A stretch of 63,822 bases of DNA, counting the filler, from Deltaproteobacteria bacterium (GTDB lineage: Bacteria; Myxococcota; JACRCW01), in assembly GCA_016218805.1 (NCBI GenBank). It is 6 parts of 6 records of this genome, joined end to end, with 100 filler letters (N's around TTAATTAATTAA, not from the genome) between each part and the next. Parts side by side here need not be neighbours in the genome. Positions count along the whole stretch, not along the records: positions 25,691 to 46,700 come from JACRCW010000089.1; 5 more parts are not named here. The stretch is one strand, 5' to 3'. The notes beneath the pieces were generated by a model that worked only from the letters and a program-made list of their open reading frames with translations, ran no database searches and had not been told where the DNA came from. Made by a program: the position numbers and the translations under genes. Below are positions 29,842 to 40,265 of the stretch, one piece after another; position 1 is the stretch's first letter, and each line of letters begins with the position of its first letter.

Positions 29842-30270
29842 TCACTTCTTGTCGGCCGGCGTGGGGGGCGTGGAGCCGGCGGGGGGCTTGGTGCCCGCGC
29901 CCAGGTTCTCCATCTTGCAGTGCCCCTCAAACACCACGCCCGCGTCAATGACCAGCTTGGGCGTTTCCACGTTGCCGCGCAGCTTGCCGGGCGCGTGGAT
30001 CTCCACCGCGCTCTTGGCGCGGATGTTCCCGTTGACCTCGCCGTTGATGACAATGGAGCCCACGTCCAGCTCCGCCTTCACCACCGCGCCTTCGCCCACC
30101 ACCAGCACGTCGCTGGTGAGCACCTCGCCGGCAAACTTCCCGTCAATGCGCACCGTCCCCTGGAAGGCGAGTTTCCCCTCAAAGCTGGCCTCGGGCCCCA
30201 GGATGGTGTGCACCTGCCCGATGGTGATGTTCCGCTCCGCGGTGGGCTCGTCCTTGCGCATGATTGCCAT
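29842..30270 (-). CDS. Bactofilin (polymer-forming cytoskeletal protein)
   Basis: TILGPEASFEGKL.FQGTVRIDGKF.GEV...VINGEVNGNI...LVIDAGVVFEGHCKM beta-helix pattern. Confidence 0.95.
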   Translation of the reverse strand: MAIMRKDEPTAERNITIGQVHTILGPEASFEGKLAFQGTVRIDGKFAGEVLTSDVLVVGEGAVVKAELDVGSIVINGEVNGNIRAKSAVEIHAPGKLRGNVETPKLVIDAGVVFEGHCKMENLGAGTKPPAGSTPPTPADKK

Positions 30271-30316
30271 GGTTCAGCACTCCAGGATGTCCGAAATGAA
30301 AGGTTGGGGTGGCGCG

Positions 30317-31423
30317 TCAGATGCGCATGGGCATGACCACGCAGGTGTACGTCAGGTCATCCGCGCCGCGCACCAGGCCGGGGCTCAACTCGTCATGCAC
30401 TTCCAGTTGCACCGTCTCCACGCCCACCGCGTTGAGCGCGTCCATCAGATAGCGCGCATTGAAGCCAATCTTGAGGTCCGTCCCGGTGTAGTCCACCGGG
30501 ATCTCCTCGCTGGCCTCACCCAGGTCCGGGTTCTGGCTGGAGATGCGCAGCAGGTCCTTGCTCAGCTCCACCCGCACCGCGTTGCTCCGGTCTGAACTCA
30601 CCAGGCTCACGCGCTTGAGGCCGTCCATCAGCACCGCCCGGGCAATCTTCACCTTGCGGTCCGCCTGCTGCGGCACCACCTGCCGGTAGTCCGGGAACCG
30701 CCCGTCAATCAGGCGCATCACCAGCGTCACGTTCCCGCGCTTGGCCACCGCGTGGCTCTCGCGGAAGCCCAGCTGCACGTCACCCTCGCCGTCATCCAGC
30801 ATGCGGCGCAGCTCTGCCAGGCCCTTGCGCGGCATGATCACCGCGCGCTTGAGCGTGTCCTGCACGCCGGGCACCTTGCGCGTGCACAGGCTGAGACGGT
30901 GCCCGTCCGTGGACACCACGTTGAGCGTGTCCGGCCCCGGCTCCATGTACACGCCGTTGAGCACGTAGCGCGTCTCGTCCGTGCTGACGCTGTACAGCGT
31001 CTTGTCAATCATCTCCTTGAGCAGCGCCGGCTCCAGCGGCATGAGGCGGTCCGCCGACATGTCCGGGACCTTGGGGTACTCCTCCGCCGCCATGCCCACC
31101 ATGCGCGCCGTGAACCGCCCGGAGGTCACCTCCACGTAGTGGTTGTCCAGCCGCTTGAGCCCCACGGTGGGGCCCGGCGTGGCCTTCACAATCTCGTAGA
31201 GGTTGCGCGCCGCCACCGTCACCGCGCCGGGCCGCGTCACGTCCGCGCGCCCGTCAATGCGCACCGCCACGTCCAGGTCCGTGGCGGCCATCATCAGCTC
31301 ACCGCCCTCACGCGCTTCCAACAGCACGTTGGACAGGATGGGCATGGTGCTCTTCTTGGGCACAATGCCCTGCGCGGCGCCCACGGCCCGCGCGAGGTCT
31401 TCCTTGGGAATCCGCAACTCCAT
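30317..31423 (-). CDS. dnaN: DNA polymerase III beta sliding clamp
   Basis: PILSNVLL, ATDLD, DETRYVLNG, STDGHRL, GRFPDY, IGFNARYL, VVMPMRI; AAGGAG RBS before ATG 31423. Confidence 0.97.
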   Translation of the reverse strand: MELRIPKEDLARAVGAAQGIVPKKSTMPILSNVLLEAREGGELMMAATDLDVAVRIDGRADVTRPGAVTVAARNLYEIVKATPGPTVGLKRLDNHYVEVTSGRFTARMVGMAAEEYPKVPDMSADRLMPLEPALLKEMIDKTLYSVSTDETRYVLNGVYMEPGPDTLNVVSTDGHRLSLCTRKVPGVQDTLKRAVIMPRKGLAELRRMLDDGEGDVQLGFRESHAVAKRGNVTLVMRLIDGRFPDYRQVVPQQADRKVKIARAVLMDGLKRVSLVSSDRSNAVRVELSKDLLRISSQNPDLGEASEEIPVDYTGTDLKIGFNARYLMDALNAVGVETVQLEVHDELSPGLVRGADDLTYTCVVMPMRI

Positions 31424-31567
31424 GGGGGGCCTCTCCTTCCAGGTGGCGCTACCGACGCATTGCGATGCGCGGGCTCCATACCCAATGGGCCGCGTGCGGC
31501 GCAAAGGCCTTGGCCACGTCGGGAAGCGGCGGGTGCCGTGAACGCCCGTTCAGGCTGGCGCGCCGGG

Positions 31568-32227
31568 CTACCTCCCCCAGGTCACCGCGCCGGTGGCAAA
31601 GTCCACCACCGCATCCCGGTACCGTGGTTTCTCCAGCCATTTCCGCATGTTGCGCAACCGGTCCACCGGCGCCGAGGTCACCTGCCGGTTGGCCAGGAAC
31701 GCCGGGACGCTCCCGCCAAGGTCCGTGCGGGTCTCCTGGACCACTTCGGTGGTGGTGGCGGAGCGCGGGGTGAGGCGCCAGGAGGACGCCATGCGGGGGA
31801 TGCGGACCTTGTCGGGCTGTTCCGGGATCTCGCCGGGCACGTTGCGGATGGTGAAGGTCACCACGCCCGTCTGCGGGTCCTGGGTCACGGTGGTGCGGAC
31901 CACCACGTCCCGGTCCATGACGGGAAAGGGCGCGTCATGCACAAAGTAGCTGAGCACGTCCGTGCCGGAGAGCCGCCGCAGCACGCGGTTGTGCGCGCAG
32001 CCGGCGTACCAGCCGGGGAAGTTCTCCGCGTCGGAGAGGAGCGCCACGGGGGCGGCCAGGGGCGCGTCCACCACCATCACCGCGCGGAACGCCTTGAGCG
32101 AATAGCCCTCTTCCGTGCGGGCATACACGCGGATGCCATCGGTGTCGCGCTCCAGCGTCCAGGCCGGCTGTGCCGCGCGGGTGACGTCAGCGGCCAGCAG
32201 CAGCGCCAGCCCGGGCAGGATACGCAT
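31568..32227 (-). CDS. Exported START-domain lipid-binding protein
   Basis: Signal peptide; WTLERDTDGIRVY, PFPVMDRD, DLGGSVPAFLAN. Confidence 0.88.
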   Translation of the reverse strand: MRILPGLALLLAADVTRAAQPAWTLERDTDGIRVYARTEEGYSLKAFRAVMVVDAPLAAPVALLSDAENFPGWYAGCAHNRVLRRLSGTDVLSYFVHDAPFPVMDRDVVVRTTVTQDPQTGVVTFTIRNVPGEIPEQPDKVRIPRMASSWRLTPRSATTTEVVQETRTDLGGSVPAFLANRQVTSAPVDRLRNMRKWLEKPRYRDAVVDFATGAVTWGR

Positions 32228-33198
32228 CACCGTTGCAGGAAAGGCTGGGAAATCTCATCCAGCCTGGCCAATTCCGCGGGAGTCAGCACCAGTGCCAACG
32301 CGCCCACATTCTCGCGCGCGTGGTGCGCGCGCGTGGCGCCGGGAATGGCCACCACCGTGTCAGCGTGGAAGCGCGTCAGCCAGGCCAGCGCCACCTGGGC
32401 GGCGGACACGCCGTGCGCGGTGGCGACGCGGCGCACTTCGTCCACGACGGGGCGGGTGCGCGCCAGGCCGGCGGCGCGGAAGCTGGGCAGCCACCTGCGC
32501 GGCCCCTGCCGCTGGCGGATGAGCGCGGGATCATCATGGAACTTCCCGGTCAGCAGCCCCTGCTCCAGCGGCGAATACGCGATGATGGTGATGCCCAGCT
32601 CCTTGGCCGCGGTGATGATTCCCCGTGATTCCGCGCGCCGGTCCAACAGGCTGTATTTCACCTGGTTGCTGACCAGCGGGATGCCGTGGCGGGCCAGGGC
32701 CGCGTGCGCGGTGCGCATCTGCGCCGCCGAATAGTTGGACACCCCCACGGTGCGGATCTTCCGCTCCCGCACCAGCTGCGCCATGGCGTCCATGATCGCG
32801 GGGATGGAGGAGAACGAATAGGGCTGGTGCACCTGGTGCAGGTCAATCCCGTAGCCGCCCAGGCAGCGCAGACGCGTGTCAATGGTGGTCAGCAGGCTGC
32901 GCGCGGTGCGCGGCAGCGGCGTCCACTTGGTGGCGACGATGACCTCCCTGTTTTTGCGGCCGTTGGCGGCCAGCGCCAGGGCCAGTGCCGCCTCGGAGCG
33001 GCCGTTGCCGTAGGCCTCCGCCGTGTCAAACCAGTTGATGCCGCCTTCCAGCGTGACCTTGACGATCTCCTGGACCAGCGCCGGGGCCAGCGTCTCCCAG
33101 AAGAAGCCCACGCCGCCCTTGCCTTCAGAGAATTGCCAGCAGCCCAGCCCCAGCGCGCTGATCTCAATGTCTGACTTTCCGAGCCGGCGCTGGTCCAT
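32227..33198 (-). CDS. Aldo/keto reductase
   Basis: LGLGCW, FDTAEAYGNGRSE, IVATK, IDLHQVH, GVSNY, AYSPL, AIPG. Confidence 0.95.
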   Translation of the reverse strand: MDQRRLGKSDIEISALGLGCWQFSEGKGGVGFFWETLAPALVQEIVKVTLEGGINWFDTAEAYGNGRSEAALALALAANGRKNREVIVATKWTPLPRTARSLLTTIDTRLRCLGGYGIDLHQVHQPYSFSSIPAIMDAMAQLVRERKIRTVGVSNYSAAQMRTAHAALARHGIPLVSNQVKYSLLDRRAESRGIITAAKELGITIIAYSPLEQGLLTGKFHDDPALIRQRQGPRRWLPSFRAAGLARTRPVVDEVRRVATAHGVSAAQVALAWLTRFHADTVVAIPGATRAHHARENVGALALVLTPAELARLDEISQPFLQR

Positions 33199-33213
33199 GA
33201 CGCCCGTTCCGCC

Positions 33214-34164
33214 TCACTCCAGCAGGAACAGGCGCGGGTTGACGGGGATGCCGTTCACGCGCACTTCATAGTGCAGGTGCGGTCCGGTGGAGCGGCCGGT
33301 GTTGCCCACCGCCCCCACCTGCTGGCCGCGCTTGAGCCGGTCCCCTGCCTTCACGGTCATGCGGGACATGTGGCCAAAGATCGTCGAGTAACCGAACCCG
33401 TGGTCCACCACCACCATGTTGCCGTACCCGCCGCGCTGGCCGCTGTAGGTGACCACGCCGTCGGCGGGGACCATCACGGGGGCGCCTTCGCGCGCGGCCA
33501 CATCCAGGCCCGCGTGCATCATGCGCTCCGCGGTGAAGGGGTCATCCCGCACGCCAAACTCACTGGTGATCCACCCATGGGCCGGATAGACGCTGGGGGT
33601 GGAGCGCAGCAGGGTCTCGCGCCCCTGGTAGTAGCCCAGCAGCTGCCGCAGCGTGCTGGTCTGGCGGCGCGCCTCATCCGGCAGGCCATCCAGGCGGCTG
33701 TCCAGGATGCCCAGCGCCAGGTTCTGTTCTTCCACCGTGTCGGCGGGGAGGGCGCCCAGCAGCAGGCGTTCCTCCTCAGTGCCGCCGGCGGGGCCCTGGC
33801 CGCCGGGGACCTGGCCCTCCACCGGGCCCACGGCCAGCCCCAGGCGCGGATCACTCAGGCGGGTGATGGACCGCAGCTTCTGCTCCATCCGCCGCACCTG
33901 GGCCAGGGACTCCTCCACCCCGCCCACGCGTTTCTCCATGGTGGCAAACTGCGCGCGCAGCCGGGCGTTCTCATCCTTGAGGACCCGGTTCTCAAACACC
34001 TGGTCCACCACAAACCCGTAGTGCACGGCGGCCACCGTGGACAGCCCCACCAGGCCCAGCAGGGCCAACCCCACCAGCAGCACCACCGCCTTGGGCACCT
34101 GGACGCGCCGCACGGCGGCGGAGCGCTCAGGGACCAGCATGACGGTATAGAACCGGTTGGCCAT
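33214..34164 (-). CDS. M23 (LytM) peptidoglycan endopeptidase with TM helix and coiled coil
   Basis: HAGLD (HxxxD), STGPHLHYEV (HxH); N-terminal TM and heptad region. Confidence 0.95.
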   Translation of the reverse strand: MANRFYTVMLVPERSAAVRRVQVPKAVVLLVGLALLGLVGLSTVAAVHYGFVVDQVFENRVLKDENARLRAQFATMEKRVGGVEESLAQVRRMEQKLRSITRLSDPRLGLAVGPVEGQVPGGQGPAGGTEEERLLLGALPADTVEEQNLALGILDSRLDGLPDEARRQTSTLRQLLGYYQGRETLLRSTPSVYPAHGWITSEFGVRDDPFTAERMMHAGLDVAAREGAPVMVPADGVVTYSGQRGGYGNMVVVDHGFGYSTIFGHMSRMTVKAGDRLKRGQQVGAVGNTGRSTGPHLHYEVRVNGIPVNPRLFLLE

Positions 34165-34304
34165 TGCTACCTGCTACTCCCCTTGGGAACGTGTGAACCA
34201 CATTCCGCAGGCTTCATGCCACGGCCGCAGGGCAAACCGTGCGGAGCGGCAGACCTTATGCAGTGGCTGTTCAGAGTGTCAACGCAGTTTTCCACAGCCA
34301 TCCT

Positions 34305-35087
<783 letters not shown>

Positions 35088-35262
35088 CCTTCCTCCGCGG
35101 CCGAACCGGAATGTCCGCCGGTATCCCACCCGATCACGAATCGGGGCGATGCACAATAACGCAAGGTGGCTTCCGCGGGGAATCCTTGGCCGGGCAGGGC
35201 TTCCCCGTCCCGGCGGGCAGCGCCTAAGCTTGCCGGCTCCCGGATGCGGGGGCGGAGGGTGC

Positions 35263-36432
35263 TTGGCCCGTCTGACGAGCGAGGACCTGCTCGCGCAGGC
35301 CCGCGCACAGGTGACTGAGGTGGACGCGGCGGCTGTGCGTACGGCGCTGGCCGGCCCCGCCCCGCCCCTGCTGCTGGACGTGCGGGAGCAGGACGAAGTG
35401 GACCAGGGCAGCATCCCCGGCGCGTGCCACCTGCCGCGCGGGCTGTTGGAACTGTCCGCCGCGGAGGTGCTGCCAGACGTGGACGCACCGGTGGTGGTGT
35501 ACTGCGCCGCGGGGATCCGCAGCCTGCTGGCCGCGCACACGCTGGTCCAGCTGGGGTACCGCCACGTGCAGTCCCTGGCGGGGGGATTCCCGGCGTGGAA
35601 GGCGGCGGGCGGCGCGGTGCGCGTGCCCACGCCGCTGTCCCGGGAGGACCGGGCCCGCTACGCGCGCCACCTGTCCCTCCCGGAGGTGGGCGAGGAAGGC
35701 CAGCGCAAACTGCTGGCGGCCCGGGTGCTGGTGGTGGGCGCGGGCGGGCTGGGCAGCCCCTGCCTGTACTACCTGGCGGCGGCGGGGGTGGGGACGCTGG
35801 GCGTGGTGGATGACGACGCGGTGGACGTCTCCAACCTGCAGCGCCAGATCCTGCACCGCACCGCTGACGCCGGCACGCCCAAGGTGGACAGCGCCGCGCG
35901 CGCGCTGACCGCGCTCAACCCGGGGCTGCGCGTGGACAAGCACGCCATCCGTCTCACGGCGGACAACGCGGTGGACCTGCTGCGCGGGTATGACGTGGTG
36001 GTGGACGGGACGGACAACTTTCCCACGCGCTACCTGCTCAATGACGCCTCCGTGATCCTGCGCAAGCCGGTGGTGCACGGGAGCGTCTTCCGCTTTGAGG
36101 GCCAGGTCAGCGTGTTCTTTCCCGGGGCCGGGCCCTGCTACCGCTGCCTGTATCCGGCCCCGCCGCCGGCGGACCTGGCGCCGTCCTGCGTGGAGGGCGG
36201 CGTGCTGGGCGTGCTGCCGGGCGTGGTGGGGACGCTGCAGGCCACTGAGACGCTGAAGCTGCTGTTGGGGCGGGGGACCCCGCTGATCGGGCGGCTGCTG
36301 CAGTTTGACGCACTGGCGCTGCGCTTCCGGGAGACGCGCTTGCGGGCGGACCCCGCTTGCCCAGCCTGCGGGAAGGGCGCCACGCTCACCCAACCGCTGG
36401 AGGAAAGGGCGTCCGGCACGGGGCGAGGATGA
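35263..36432 (+). CDS. moeB: Rhodanese-MoeB fusion (ThiF/MoeB adenylyltransferase/sulfurtransferase)
   Basis: Rhodanese LDVRE..YCAAGIRS; RYARH, GAGGLG, SNLQRQ, DGTDNF, CYRC and CPAC; TTG start after GGAGGG. Confidence 0.93.
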   Translation: MARLTSEDLLAQARAQVTEVDAAAVRTALAGPAPPLLLDVREQDEVDQGSIPGACHLPRGLLELSAAEVLPDVDAPVVVYCAAGIRSLLAAHTLVQLGYRHVQSLAGGFPAWKAAGGAVRVPTPLSREDRARYARHLSLPEVGEEGQRKLLAARVLVVGAGGLGSPCLYYLAAAGVGTLGVVDDDAVDVSNLQRQILHRTADAGTPKVDSAARALTALNPGLRVDKHAIRLTADNAVDLLRGYDVVVDGTDNFPTRYLLNDASVILRKPVVHGSVFRFEGQVSVFFPGAGPCYRCLYPAPPPADLAPSCVEGGVLGVLPGVVGTLQATETLKLLLGRGTPLIGRLLQFDALALRFRETRLRADPACPACGKGATLTQPLEERASGTGRG

Positions 36433-36695
36433 AGCCGAAGGGACCGGTGGACCCCGACGAGATCATCAGTGCGGCGCTGGCCCGCGCGGGCAAGTCCGTT
36501 GTCGACGCCGGGGTGCTGTACGACGCAGCGGAGGCGCTGTTGCAGGTAGGCCGCCCGGACCTGGCCGCCACCTATGCGTCCCGTTCATACGGCCTGGCCG
36601 TGTTGACCGAGGACCGCGCCGGGGCCGCGCGCGCCATGACGCTGCTGGTCAGCCGCCTGGGACCGGACGGCCGCAAGGTCCTGCGCGATCTCTAG
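36429..36695 (+). CDS. Small helical hypothetical protein
   Basis: ATGA overlap with moeB stop; 88 aa, TPR-like helices. Confidence 0.55.
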   Translation: MKPKGPVDPDEIISAALARAGKSVVDAGVLYDAAEALLQVGRPDLAATYASRSYGLAVLTEDRAGAARAMTLLVSRLGPDGRKVLRDL

Positions 36696-37060
36696 CCGCA
36701 GCAGCGGAAGCCGCAGATCCCGAAGCCCCACTTCGGCTCGTGGTCGATATCCACGCCCGCGTCCGTCACCGTCCCGCACACGGCCTGATCACCGCAGCCG
36801 CCGCAGCCCTGCGGTTCAGTGGTGACCGATGGGCATTCCGCCGTGGCCTGGCACACCCGCGTGCAGACCCGCTCGGGCACGTCGCTGCAGCCGCCGGCGT
36901 GCTGGAGGCAGCGCAGGCCGGAGGCGCATTCGTCATCCGTGGTGCACGGCTCAAAGTACCCGGTGGGCCGGTCCCGGCTCTTGTCCCGCGGCGGCCAGGC
37001 CATGGCCAGGCAGAGTCCCAGGACAAGCATGACAACGATGTGCTGCAACCGGCCGTTCAT
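36692..37060 (-). CDS. Small secreted Cys-rich protein
   Basis: N-terminal hydrophobic segment; CTTDDECASGLRC..CTRVC..ECP pattern. Confidence 0.7.
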   Translation of the reverse strand: MNGRLQHIVVMLVLGLCLAMAWPPRDKSRDRPTGYFEPCTTDDECASGLRCLQHAGGCSDVPERVCTRVCQATAECPSVTTEPQGCGGCGDQAVCGTVTDAGVDIDHEPKWGFGICGFRCCG

Positions 37061-37072
37061 GGAGCGCGCAAC

Positions 37073-39508
37073 CTAGCCGGCGTCCCCCGCGTCGGCCATC
37101 CCACCGTCCGCTGACTGGACCGTGATCCCGCCGGCATCCACGTTGCCACCATCCACACTGCCGGAATCCACCGTGCCGGCGTCCACGCCGCCAGCGTCCA
37201 CGCTGCCGGCATCCACGCTGCCGGCGTCCTGGGGAAGGCCGGCGTCCATTCCGCCCAGTCCCAGGATGTTTCCGGTGGGCTGGCGGCCGCAGCCGGCGGG
37301 AACCACCGCCACCACACGCGTCTCCACCAGCGGCAGGGACAGCGACAGCACCGCGCCCAGCCAGGCGGCGTTCCGGTCCGCCACCAGCGCGCCGTGGCTG
37401 CCCCGCAACATCCGCAGGGGGACCTGCACCGGCGGCGTCCAGGTGGCCTCCAAGGCGGGCGTTGGACCCAGGGCCGGGGAGACCACGTGGGCCGTGCCGT
37501 CATCATGGAAGATCACGCCCAGCGCCCGGCCAAACGCCGTCCCCGCCGCCAGGGCATCCACGGCACCCGTGCCGTTGGGCCGCTCCGCCTCTTCCACAGT
37601 CGTCGTGTCATCTCCCTGGCGGACCGTGACGCGGTCATGCACGGTGCACACCGTTTCACAGCCCGCCCCGCCATCCACCGCGTTGCACGGGAGCGCCTGC
37701 TGCTGGGCCAGGAACACCGCGGGACCCAACATGCCGGCCGCCACCGTCACCGCCGCGGCGGAGTACTGGGCGGAGACCATCGCATCCAGCGTCCCGGACG
37801 CCAGATCATCCACGGGCGCCTTCCACGTGCGGGCGAACCACCACGCCCCACCGCCCACCGTGCCGCATGCCGGCATGCCGTTGAAGGCGGCCGCGCGCCA
37901 GACCACCAGGGCTTCGCCCGCGGCCAGCGCGGCCTCCAGGTTGTCCAACTCCAGCAGCGCCCGCTCCGCCCCGCCCTGCACCTCCTGCTGGAAGCTGCCC
38001 TGCGCCGTCTGCGCCGGCGGCCACGACGACACATCCAGCACCCGCGCGGTCAGCTCCACGCTGTCCGGGCACGCGCCCAGGCAGCGCTGGGACCAGGCCT
38101 GTGAGGTCACCGCCAACAGGCGCCCGTGGTCATGCGCCAGGGCCAGCGGGAGGAGTCCGGGCGGGCCCACGGCAGGCTCCACGGGGGCGCGCGCCAGTTC
38201 CACCGGGTCAGCGGCGCCGCCGTCCGGCGCAATGCGCAGCAGAAACCAGGCTTGCTGCGGGGCGGGCAGGGCGGCGCCGCACGGCGCGCTGGGTTCACAG
38301 CAGGCGGGTGTGACCTGATAGCGCGCCAGGATCACCAGGCCATTGTCAGTGGCCACGCCGCGGGCGGCCTCCGGGTCCAGCCCGTCAGCGGGAAGCGGGA
38401 TCTCCGTGGTCTCCGTGCGCCCGCCGGTGTCATCCACCACGGCATGCCGCAGCCACCGGCGCGGCGCGGGTGGTGACCCGGCGGGGAAGCAGCCCTCCGG
38501 CGCCGGACCGTCCACATGCTCCATCCACGCCACGCGCACCCGCCCGTCACCCAGGGGCAACACGCCCAGCAGTTCCACCGGGTGGTGCATGCCGTCATCG
38601 GCCAGCGCGCTGGTGGCCACCACCACCGGGTCGCCAATGCCCATGGGGGATCCCAGGCCTTTGACGCATTCGCCGCTGTGGCAGGTGTCACCCAGCGTGC
38701 ACGGGTCGCCGTCCTCGCACGGGAAGCCTTCCGGCGCGCGCGTGGCGCTGCATTCCCCGTCCACGCACAGCGGCATGGCGTCACACGCGGGTGCGCCGCA
38801 CAGCGTGCCGTTGGGCGCGGTGGCCAGCCGGCAGCCCACCGCGGGCAGGCAGGCGTCCGCGGTGCAGGGGTTGCCGTCGTCGCAGGACTCGGCGCGCGGT
38901 TCGTGCAGGCAGCCCAGCGTGCCGTCACACGAATCCACCGTGCAGGCGATGTCGTCGTTGCAATCCAGTGCTTCACCGGTGCAGGAGCCGGCCGCGCAGT
39001 GGTCCGCCACGGTGCACGGGTCGCCGTCGTCACAGGCGGCCGCCACCGGGTGGTGCTCGCAGCCGGATGGGGCGGGCAGGTCCATGGTGCACGGGTTGCC
39101 GTCATCACAGGAGGGCAGGTCCTCCACCACCGCGTGCAGTGTGATGATGAGCGGGCCGTTCTCTTCCCCGTCAGTCTGCACCAGCAGGAGCCCGTCATAG
39201 GTGCCCGCTTCAAAGGCCAGGAACCGCACCGCCAGCTCCGTCCCGCTGCTGTCCGCCACCACCCTGGGCGGGACGATGAAGGGGCCGTGGGCCGGGTCCA
39301 CCGTCACGGATGCGTGCAACGCGCCTTCGCCGTCATTGCGCAGGCGCGCGTACAGGGTGGCGGTTTCACCCGGGTGCAGCGGCCCAAAGCTGAGCGCCGC
39401 CGGGGTCAGCTCGCCGCGGCGCGGCGCGCGGGACAGCGAGCCGAAGTCGTCGCGGCAACCGCCCAGCAGGGCGGTGCAGGACAGGAGGGCGAGCAGGAGG
39501 CGGCGCAT
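37073..39508 (-). CDS. Lipoprotein with Ig-like domain, CDDGNPCT Cys-rich repeats and DAGxV tail repeats
   Basis: Lipobox LLGGC; LRNDG Ig motif; 5 CxDxxxCT units; DAGSV/DAGGV 15-bp repeats near 37122-37230. Confidence 0.85.
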   Translation of the reverse strand: MRRLLLALLSCTALLGGCRDDFGSLSRAPRRGELTPAALSFGPLHPGETATLYARLRNDGEGALHASVTVDPAHGPFIVPPRVVADSSGTELAVRFLAFEAGTYDGLLLVQTDGEENGPLIITLHAVVEDLPSCDDGNPCTMDLPAPSGCEHHPVAAACDDGDPCTVADHCAAGSCTGEALDCNDDIACTVDSCDGTLGCLHEPRAESCDDGNPCTADACLPAVGCRLATAPNGTLCGAPACDAMPLCVDGECSATRAPEGFPCEDGDPCTLGDTCHSGECVKGLGSPMGIGDPVVVATSALADDGMHHPVELLGVLPLGDGRVRVAWMEHVDGPAPEGCFPAGSPPAPRRWLRHAVVDDTGGRTETTEIPLPADGLDPEAARGVATDNGLVILARYQVTPACCEPSAPCGAALPAPQQAWFLLRIAPDGGAADPVELARAPVEPAVGPPGLLPLALAHDHGRLLAVTSQAWSQRCLGACPDSVELTARVLDVSSWPPAQTAQGSFQQEVQGGAERALLELDNLEAALAAGEALVVWRAAAFNGMPACGTVGGGAWWFARTWKAPVDDLASGTLDAMVSAQYSAAAVTVAAGMLGPAVFLAQQQALPCNAVDGGAGCETVCTVHDRVTVRQGDDTTTVEEAERPNGTGAVDALAAGTAFGRALGVIFHDDGTAHVVSPALGPTPALEATWTPPVQVPLRMLRGSHGALVADRNAAWLGAVLSLSLPLVETRVVAVVPAGCGRQPTGNILGLGGMDAGLPQDAGSVDAGSVDAGGVDAGTVDSGSVDGGNVDAGGITVQSADGGMADAGDAG

Positions 39509-39687
39509 GAGGCCCCGGCGGAAGCAAGCCGCCTGCCAGGGCCCGGGTGCCCGTGTTGACGACGTCAGCCGCGCCCGCGCCCGCGCCACCGCCCCGCGGC
39601 CTTTCGCGATCCTGACAGATTTCTGAGGCGGACTCCCGTCACCTCCGGCCTTGACGCCGCGGGGGCCGCAAGGGTCTGTTGCCCGCC

Positions 39688-40260
39688 ATGGTGGCAACCC
39701 TTGCAATGAGCCTGGTGCTGGCGGCGGCCACGCCGTTTGGGCCGTGGGGGAATGCGCGCCATCCTGCGGTGGGTCCCCGGGCAGCCGTTCCCGGCAACGG
39801 CCCGGAGCCCGTGGTGAGCCAGGCGCCGGAAGAGGTGCCGCTGTCCAAGGTGAACCGCGGCGCCCGGGACACGCGCGGCCGGGGCGGCGGCAATCCGCTG
39901 TACCTGCTGTTCCTGGTCTACAAGAACTACCTCACGCACGTGGACGGCAACCGCTGCCAGCACTACCCGACGTGCTCCGCCTACGGCGCGCAGGCGGTGG
40001 GCCGCTACAACGTGCTGGGCGTGTTCATGGCCATGGACCGGCTGTGGGCCTCCGGCAACTCGTCCACCGTGCGCAGCAACCGCCTTGTCTACGGCGTTGG
40101 GCCCGCGCCGCGCTTCTATGACCCGCTGGAGGACAGCGCGTTCTTCTTCACCTACCCGTGGGTGGCCTGGCTGGGCCCGCCCATTCCCACCGTGGACCGC
40201 GCCATGGGCCGCACCGTGGACGCACCCGAACCCGCCCCCGACACCCCAACGCCTCCCTGA
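39688..40260 (+). CDS. yidD: YidD-like (membrane insertion efficiency factor domain) protein with N-terminal signal-like peptide
   Basis: RCQHYPTCSAYGAQAVGRY..DRL..YDP matches the YidD CxxxPTCSxY pattern. Confidence 0.75.
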   Translation: MVATLAMSLVLAAATPFGPWGNARHPAVGPRAAVPGNGPEPVVSQAPEEVPLSKVNRGARDTRGRGGGNPLYLLFLVYKNYLTHVDGNRCQHYPTCSAYGAQAVGRYNVLGVFMAMDRLWASGNSSTVRSNRLVYGVGPAPRFYDPLEDSAFFFTYPWVAWLGPPIPTVDRAMGRTVDAPEPAPDTPTPP

Positions 40261-40265
40261 CCCTC

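Noticed and set aside
30317..31570. oriC near dnaN
   Set aside because: No DnaA-box cluster or AT-rich unwinding element in the short upstream intergenic region
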